From a bacterium (GTDB lineage: Bacteria > Patescibacteriota > Minisyncoccia > Minisyncoccales > CG1-02-41-26): a stretch of 34,543 nt of DNA. The DNA lies in NCBI GenBank assembly GCA_030603395.1, contig JAUVXX010000001.1:170921-205463 (forward strand), written 5' to 3'. The position numbers and the translations under genes were made by a program. Numbering within the stretch: the first letter of the stretch is position 1; each line of letters starts with the position of its first letter. Below the pieces are notes generated by a model, which was not told the origin of the DNA, did not search any database, and was given only the letters and a program-made list of their open reading frames with translations. Below are positions 17,511 through 22,805 of this stretch, one piece after another.

Positions 17511-17711
17511 ATGATTATCTCAACAAGTTCGATTTTCAGCAAAAAAGTTTCTACTTTCTTAAGTTTATTGATTATTTTCATTCTTGCTTTGACCACGGGA
17601 GCAATCATTATCTGGCAAGCTCAAAAATTAGCCACTCTTCAAAGACCTTCAACCTTTTTAATATCTTTCCCTGACATCGCTGATCTAGAAAATTATCAAG
17701 GCGAGGAGTGA
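17511..17711 (+). CDS. Small single-TM hypothetical protein
   Basis: Hydrophobic stretch TFLSLLIIFILALTTGAIIIW; starts 2 nt after the polX stop. Confidence 0.55.
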   Translation: MIISTSSIFSKKVSTFLSLLIIFILALTTGAIIIWQAQKLATLQRPSTFLISFPDIADLENYQGEE

Positions 17712-17760
17712 AGAAGCCCTTTCTATTTCCCTGTTTTCAGAGTAAAATAATAAAAAATAT

Positions 17761-17901
17761 ATGGAAAATCAAAAACAAGTTCAAGCCCCGGACAAAAAAG
17801 AACTTCCAAAGAAATCTCCCCAAGGCCAATTTATTTGGGTGGTTTTGGGAATAGTAGCCATTCTACTTATTTGGCTGTTATCATCTTGGATTTATAAGTG
17901 A
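17761..17901 (+). CDS. Small single-TM protein, 46 aa (missed by the ORF track)
   Basis: MENQKQVQAPDKKELPKKSPQGQFIWVVLGIVAILLIWLLSSWIYK; fills the gap up to the next gene and has an A-rich leader. Confidence 0.65.
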   Translation: MENQKQVQAPDKKELPKKSPQGQFIWVVLGIVAILLIWLLSSWIYK

Positions 17902-17903
17902 AT

Positions 17904-18323
17904 ATGCCAATAGAAAAATCGGCAGGCGCCATTGTTTTCCGGCGAAACGAAGAAATAAAATATCTTTTAATTCAATATCAAAGAGGCCATTGGGAATTTC
18001 CCCGAGGCCTTATTGAAAAAGGGGAGTCCTTGGAAGATACGGCCAGGCGAGAAATTAAAGAAGAGGTGGACATAGAGAAGATTAACCTTATTCCTGGATT
18101 TAAAGAGTGGATAAAATTTTTCTTCAAGGGAAGAGAAGGAAAGGTGATGAAGATTGTTACTTTCTTCTTGGCTCAAACTGAAACAGAAAAGGTAAAGCTG
18201 TCTTACGAACACAAAGATTATCTCTGGCTCCCTTATCAAGAAGCCATTAATCGCTTAACCTTTAAAGAATCCAAAGGAGTTTTAAAAAAAGCCAATGACT
18301 TCCTTTCAAGAAAAAGTTTATGA
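17904..18323 (+). CDS. NUDIX hydrolase, asymmetric Ap4A hydrolase-like
   Basis: EKSAGA, HWEFPRG.IE.GE....TARRE..EE and LS.EH....W motifs. Confidence 0.85.
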   Translation: MPIEKSAGAIVFRRNEEIKYLLIQYQRGHWEFPRGLIEKGESLEDTARREIKEEVDIEKINLIPGFKEWIKFFFKGREGKVMKIVTFFLAQTETEKVKLSYEHKDYLWLPYQEAINRLTFKESKGVLKKANDFLSRKSL

Positions 18324-18549
18324 AATAGTTAAAAAAATTTCCAGGGGGAAAATTCTAAGTTACCAAAAAGTAGCTCAAAGAGCCGGCAGACCCAAAGCTT
18401 GGAGGGCAGTAGGGAATATTTTAGCCGAAAACAAAAACCCCAGCATTCCATGTCATCGGGTTATCAGAGCCGATGGAAAGATCGGGGGTTACAATAGGGG
18501 AGTTAAAAAGAAAATGGAATTATTAAGAGAGGAAGGACATCCTTGTTAG
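18295..18549 (+). CDS. Single-domain O6-methylguanine-DNA methyltransferase (Ogt/MGMT family)
   Basis: G...SY...A..AG.P.A.RAVG, active-site PCHRV and GGY..G...K..LL..EG motifs. Confidence 0.85.
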   Translation: MTSFQEKVYEIVKKISRGKILSYQKVAQRAGRPKAWRAVGNILAENKNPSIPCHRVIRADGKIGGYNRGVKKKMELLREEGHPC

Positions 18550-18552
18550 GCA

Positions 18553-18900
18553 TTAGGTTTTGACTTCCTCCACGATTTTCTTGAAAATCTCTGGTTTTTC
18601 TCGAGCAAGTTGAGCTAAAATTTTTCTATCAAGCTCAATTTTATTTTTTTTCAGGCCATTGATAAATTTACTATAAGAAATTCCTAACTCTTTACAGGCA
18701 GCCCCAATTTGGATTTGCCAAAGACGCCTGGCCTCTCTTTTTTTGACTTTTCTATCTCGGTAGGCATATTTTCCAGCATGGACGAGGGCATCTTTGGCTG
18801 CTCGATACTTTGACCTTCTGCCCCAACGAAACCCCTTCGTCTTTTTGAGAAGGCGTTCTCTTTTTTTATGAGCAGTTTTCCCTCGTTTGACTCTCACCAT
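18553..18900 (-). CDS. rplT: 50S ribosomal protein L20
   Basis: MVRVKRG...YAYRDRK.KKR..R.LW...I...YSKFI.GL.....ELDRK.LA; true start is ATG 18900. Confidence 0.97.
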   Translation of the reverse strand: MVRVKRGKTAHKKRERLLKKTKGFRWGRRSKYRAAKDALVHAGKYAYRDRKVKKREARRLWQIQIGAACKELGISYSKFINGLKKNKIELDRKILAQLAREKPEIFKKIVEEVKT

Positions 18901-18907
18901 AGGTACT

Positions 18908-19046
18908 AGAGAGTTAGTCGCGGCACGCGACACTCGCTTCCGCGAGTGCGCTAACACCGCTCTTTAAAAACCCTCGGTTTTTAATCTTTTCCTACACGGG
19001 AGAACCTGCGGTTCTCCCGACCCCTCTCCGATATGGGTTTCTCGTG
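18908..19046. other. GC-rich multi-hairpin intergenic element between rpmI and rplT
   Basis: Hairpins GTCGCG/CGCGAC, CACTCGC/GCGAGTG, TAAAAACC/GGTTTTTA and CGGGAGAACC/GGTTCTCCCG. Confidence 0.6.
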
Positions 19047-19048
19047 GT

Positions 19049-19234
19049 TTATCCGATCAGCTTCTTTATTTTTTTGGCTAAGGGTTTGGAAATATGAACC
19101 CATTTGCGGGTCTGTCTAATTTTATTTCCCGATTTCTTTGCTCGGTAATGATCTTGAGCCGTAGCTCTTCTCATCACCTTACCCGTTTTGGTAATTTTAA
19201 ACCTCTTTTTTAGTGATTTTCTCGTTTTTGCCAT
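19049..19234 (-). CDS. rpmI: 50S ribosomal protein L35
   Basis: MAKTRKSLKKRFKITKTGKV.R.....H...KK; located between infC and rplT. Confidence 0.95.
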   Translation of the reverse strand: MAKTRKSLKKRFKITKTGKVMRRATAQDHYRAKKSGNKIRQTRKWVHISKPLAKKIKKLIG

Positions 19235-19748
19235 GTTGTTCTTTAGCAATAATCATGGTTAATCCTCTGCCCTCTCTTTTTAATTCTCTCTCAATTTTAA
19301 TGGGTACCGTTTCTTTCAGAACCTCCAAAAAGTGACTCATCTTTTGTCTGGAAAAATTGCTGAGGGCTTTTTCTCTTCCCCGAAGCACCATTTCAACTCT
19401 AACCCGGTAATCTTTTTTTAAGAATTTTTCGGCGCTTCTTGCTCGGGTTTCCAGATCGTGCTCTGAGATATTAAAACTCAACCTAACGTTTTTTAACTCA
19501 CCGGTCTTGGTTGCTCTCTGCTTCCTTTCTTTTTTACTCTCTCGGTAGAGATACTTTCCATAGTCCATTATTTTACAAATCGGAGGTTGCACTTTTTGAG
19601 TTATTAAAATAAGGTCCAATCCTGCTTCTTTGGCTTTTTGAATGGCTTCCGTCAAATCAAAAATCCCAAGTTGCTTGCCATTTGGGTCAATTACTCTTAC
19701 TTTGTCAGCCCTTATTTGGTTGTTGATAAATACTCTTTTTCGCAAAAT
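19197..19748 (-). CDS. infC: Translation initiation factor IF-3 (probable ATT start; in-frame TTG at 19745 is the alternative)
   Basis: IN.QIR...VRVID..G.QLG, PPICKIMDYGKY.Y, HDL and RGRE motifs. The longer ORF-track start lies inside the tmRNA. Confidence 0.93.
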   Translation of the reverse strand: MLRKRVFINNQIRADKVRVIDPNGKQLGIFDLTEAIQKAKEAGLDLILITQKVQPPICKIMDYGKYLYRESKKERKQRATKTGELKNVRLSFNISEHDLETRARSAEKFLKKDYRVRVEMVLRGREKALSNFSRQKMSHFLEVLKETVPIKIERELKREGRGLTMIIAKEQHGKNEKITKKEV

Positions 19749-19755
19749 TTTAACT

Positions 19756-20097
19756 TGGTGGAGGCGGAGGGGACGAACCCTCGTCCAGAAATTTTTCTGG
19801 AACAAATCTACAAGCTTAGTCCGCTTTGATTTAGGGTTTAAGGATAAAAAGTGGACGAAAAATTCTTAAACCCGAGCCCATAAAATTTGGCAATTATTTT
19901 GGGCAGGACAATTACCTATCTCGATTTATGACACCTCTTGCTGTCTATCGAGAATCAACAGGGAGATGGCGTTACGCTACTGCGTAAGCAGGTCTTGAGA
20001 ATAAGTTGTCACTTATTTCAGGTTCTGAAAGATTAACGAGATTCCAGAACTCGGCTTGCTCATTTCAGATTAAATTTCTGTCAAGTCTTTCACCCCC
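19756..20097 (-). ncRNA. ssrA: tmRNA, ~342 nt, one-piece
   Basis: Acceptor stem GGGGGUG/CGCCUCC-ACCA with G3:U pair, T-arm GAGGG/CCCUC, P2 CAGAAAUUU/AAAUUUCUG, pk1 CGAG/CUCG plus UUCUGGA/UUCAGAA; adjacent to smpB. Confidence 0.95.
19972..20010 (-). other. tmRNA tag reading frame (A)DNLFSRPAYAVA*
   Basis: Resume context AAUAAGU-GAC after pk1; hydrophobic Ala-rich C-terminus and UAA stop. Confidence 0.85.
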
Positions 20098-20539
20098 GTT
20101 TTTTTAACGCTCTTTCTATTTCTCTTTCAACTTCTCTTTTTTTGATTTTTTCTCTTTTGTCAAATTTCCTTTTGCCGCGGGCAATCCCGAACTCAAGCTT
20201 GATTTTACCCTTGTCAGTATACACCTTCAATGGCACCATCGTCAAGCCTTTTTGTCTGGCTTTACCAATCAAATGCTTGATTTCCGCCTTTTTTAAGAGG
20301 AGTTTTCGGCTTCTCTGAGGATTATAATCCTTGGGGGCATTTTTGGGCTGGTAGGGAGGAACGTTAGCGCCGAGTAAAAAAACTTCCTCTCCCTTGAGCA
20401 CCACAAAACTCCCCCTCAAAGTTATTCTGCCGGCTTTGATTGATTTTACTTCCTGGCCAATTAAAACAATTCCAGCTTTAAATTTCTCCAAAATCTGGTA
20501 GTTAAACAGAGCTTTTTTATTTTCAATTATAGTCGCCAT
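20090..20539 (-). CDS. smpB: SsrA-binding protein
   Basis: NKKA.F.Y.I.E...AGIVL.G.EVKS, R.RKLLL and GK...DKRE motifs. Confidence 0.97.
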   Translation of the reverse strand: MATIIENKKALFNYQILEKFKAGIVLIGQEVKSIKAGRITLRGSFVVLKGEEVFLLGANVPPYQPKNAPKDYNPQRSRKLLLKKAEIKHLIGKARQKGLTMVPLKVYTDKGKIKLEFGIARGKRKFDKREKIKKREVEREIERALKKRG

Positions 20540-20546
20540 CTCTTTA

Positions 20547-20571
20547 ATTCTAACAAAAAATACGGTAAACT
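20547..20571. promoter_or_regulatory. Back-to-back -10 boxes, each 7 nt from its start codon (leaderless smpB and argS)
   Basis: Minus strand TGT-TAGAAT-7nt-ATG; plus strand TAAACT-7nt-ATG; the intergenic gap is only 39 bp. Confidence 0.55.
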
Positions 20572-20578
20572 AAAACAT

Positions 20579-22240
20579 ATGATAAGGGATAAAATCAAAA
20601 AATTACTTAAAGAAATTACCGGCAAAGAGGCAAAAGTAGAACATCCAGAAGATACCAGGCACGGCGACTACTCAACTAATATAGCTATGAGGACTGGACT
20701 TGACGCTAAGGAAATTGTGAAAAAGATTGAAAATAATCCCATGTTTGAAAAAGTTGAGGTAGCACCACCTGGTTTTATTAACTTTTGGATTGATAAAAAG
20801 GAGCTTGAGAGATTATTTTTAGAGCTTATAGAAAGGGGTCCAAAAATATTTCAGAAAAAGCCAGAAAAGAAAGAAACCATAGTTATTGAGTATTCCTCCC
20901 CTAATATTGCCAAACCCCTGGGCGTTCATCATCTCCGCTCAACTATTATTGGCCAGGCCTTAGTTAATATTTTAAGATTTATCGGGCACAAAGTAGTTTC
21001 TTTAAGCTTTCCGGGCGATTGGGGGACCCAATTCGGCTTTTTAATTGCTGCTTTCAAACGTTGGGGTAACCGGGAAAAATTGAGGAGGAATCCGATTCCC
21101 GAAATGCTTGATCTCTATGTTCGTTTCTCGCAGGCAGCTAAAAAAGATCCAAAACTTATTGAGGAAGGAAGAGAAGAATTTAAGAAACTGGAAGAAGGGG
21201 ATAGGGAGAACAGAAAAATTTGGAAATGGTTTTTAGAAGAATCGTTGGAAGATTTTAATCAGGTCTATAAGCTTCTTGGTGTCAAGATTGAGCATACCAT
21301 TGGTGAGAGTTTTTACGAGCCTGAACTCAAACCCTTAGTTAAAGATGCTTTAAAGCGAGATGTTGCTAAACGAGGGAGAGATGGTTCAATTGTCATTCAA
21401 ATTCCTGGCAGTCCCACCCCAGAGATTATCCAAAAATCAGACGGAGCAACCATCTATACCACCCGAGAATTAGCAGCTATTCGCCATCGTTTAAAGAAGT
21501 GGAGAGCCACCAAAATTCTTTATGTAGCCGCCAATCAACAAACATTTCATCTCAAACAGGTTTTTGGTACTGCTCAACGCCTTGGCATTGCTAAGTTAGA
21601 ACAGTTAGGTCATGTAAAATTCGGGATGATGCTGACCTCTGGTGGGAAGAAATTTGCTACTCGTGAGGGTCGCTTGATCCCCTTAAAAGAGGTTTTAGCA
21701 GAGGCAATTCAGAGAGCTAAGAAAATTGTTGATGAATTGAATCCATCCTTACCCGAAGAATTAAAAGAAAGCATTGCCCGGGATGTTGGAGTAGGAGCAG
21801 TGAAGTTTTTTGACCTTTCCCACAACCGCTTAGTAGACATTATTTTTGATTGGGATAAGATGTTGAATCTTAAGGGTTTCTCCGCTCCCTATATTCAATA
21901 TACTCACGCTCGTCTCTCCAGTATTTTGAGAAAAGCTAAATTTAGAAACAAAAGAAACCCTCGCTTAACTATCTCTCACCCTTTAGAAAAAGAGATTATG
22001 GTGGTAGTTCTTCGGTTTGGCGAGATTGTTCGAGATGCAGGAGAAACTTATTTCCCAAATAAATTAGCCAATTACCTTTACGAATTAGCCAACACCTTAA
22101 ACGTTTTCTACGAGACCCTGCCAGTACTTAAAGCTAAAAATAAGGAGCGAGAATCTCGTTTAAATCTTGTTTTTGGAGCAAAAGAAATTTTAAAAACTGG
22201 TCTAAATCTTCTTGGTATTTCCGCTCCGGAAAAAATGTAA
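20579..22240 (+). CDS. argS: Arginine--tRNA ligase
   Basis: HGDYSTN, PGFINF, EYSSPNIAKP, GDWGTQFG, KSDG..Y, PYIQY.HAR..SI and C-terminal PEKM motifs. Confidence 0.97.
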   Translation: MIRDKIKKLLKEITGKEAKVEHPEDTRHGDYSTNIAMRTGLDAKEIVKKIENNPMFEKVEVAPPGFINFWIDKKELERLFLELIERGPKIFQKKPEKKETIVIEYSSPNIAKPLGVHHLRSTIIGQALVNILRFIGHKVVSLSFPGDWGTQFGFLIAAFKRWGNREKLRRNPIPEMLDLYVRFSQAAKKDPKLIEEGREEFKKLEEGDRENRKIWKWFLEESLEDFNQVYKLLGVKIEHTIGESFYEPELKPLVKDALKRDVAKRGRDGSIVIQIPGSPTPEIIQKSDGATIYTTRELAAIRHRLKKWRATKILYVAANQQTFHLKQVFGTAQRLGIAKLEQLGHVKFGMMLTSGGKKFATREGRLIPLKEVLAEAIQRAKKIVDELNPSLPEELKESIARDVGVGAVKFFDLSHNRLVDIIFDWDKMLNLKGFSAPYIQYTHARLSSILRKAKFRNKRNPRLTISHPLEKEIMVVVLRFGEIVRDAGETYFPNKLANYLYELANTLNVFYETLPVLKAKNKERESRLNLVFGAKEILKTGLNLLGISAPEKM

Positions 22241-22241
22241 C

Positions 22242-22805
22242 ATGCAAAACACTTATTTCATTTTAAGGCACGGCCAAACACCCTATCAGCTTCAAGAAGA
22301 GAAAATATTGTATCCCTGGCCAGAGCCCTCTCCCATTTTATTAACCGAGAGAGGAAAAGAACAAGTAAAAGTTGCAGCTGAAGAATTAAAAAAGGAAAAA
22401 ATTGATTTAATATATTCTTCAGATGTTAATCGGGTCCGCCAAAGCGCCGAGATTGTTGCCAGAGAGCTTGACTTAAAGGTAATTTTTGAACGGCGGCTCA
22501 GGGAAAGAAATTGGGGAATTTGTAAAGGGAAGCCCAAAAAAGAATATGATAAGCTTTTCTCTGTCCGCAAAGAAAAATTCTCCAAAGCGCCTCCTCGAGG
22601 TGAGAACTGGAATGATGTTAAGCAGAGAGTGTTAGGCCTCATAAAAGATATTGATAAAAAATACCAGGGAAAGAATATCTTGATTGTCAGCCACGGCTGT
22701 CCTTTATGGCTTCTGCAAGGAGGACTGAAAGAGTTAAATGATGATGAACTCTTGGAGCAAAAACCTCAACTTTCTCTTGAGGTTGGCGAAGTTAAAAAAA
22801 TATGA
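22242..22805 (+). CDS. Histidine phosphatase superfamily protein
   Basis: LRHG, SSD..R..QSA, LRE..WG, GE and VSHG motifs; ATG 22242. Confidence 0.9.
   Translation: MQNTYFILRHGQTPYQLQEEKILYPWPEPSPILLTERGKEQVKVAAEELKKEKIDLIYSSDVNRVRQSAEIVARELDLKVIFERRLRERNWGICKGKPKKEYDKLFSVRKEKFSKAPPRGENWNDVKQRVLGLIKDIDKKYQGKNILIVSHGCPLWLLQGGLKELNDDELLEQKPQLSLEVGEVKKI

Noticed and set aside
19756-19790. Standalone tRNA-Ala
   Set aside because: There is no anticodon arm; this is the 3' end of the tmRNA.
19749-19869. N-terminal extension of infC and small ORFs 19638-19869
   Set aside because: They lie within or antisense to the tmRNA and infC.
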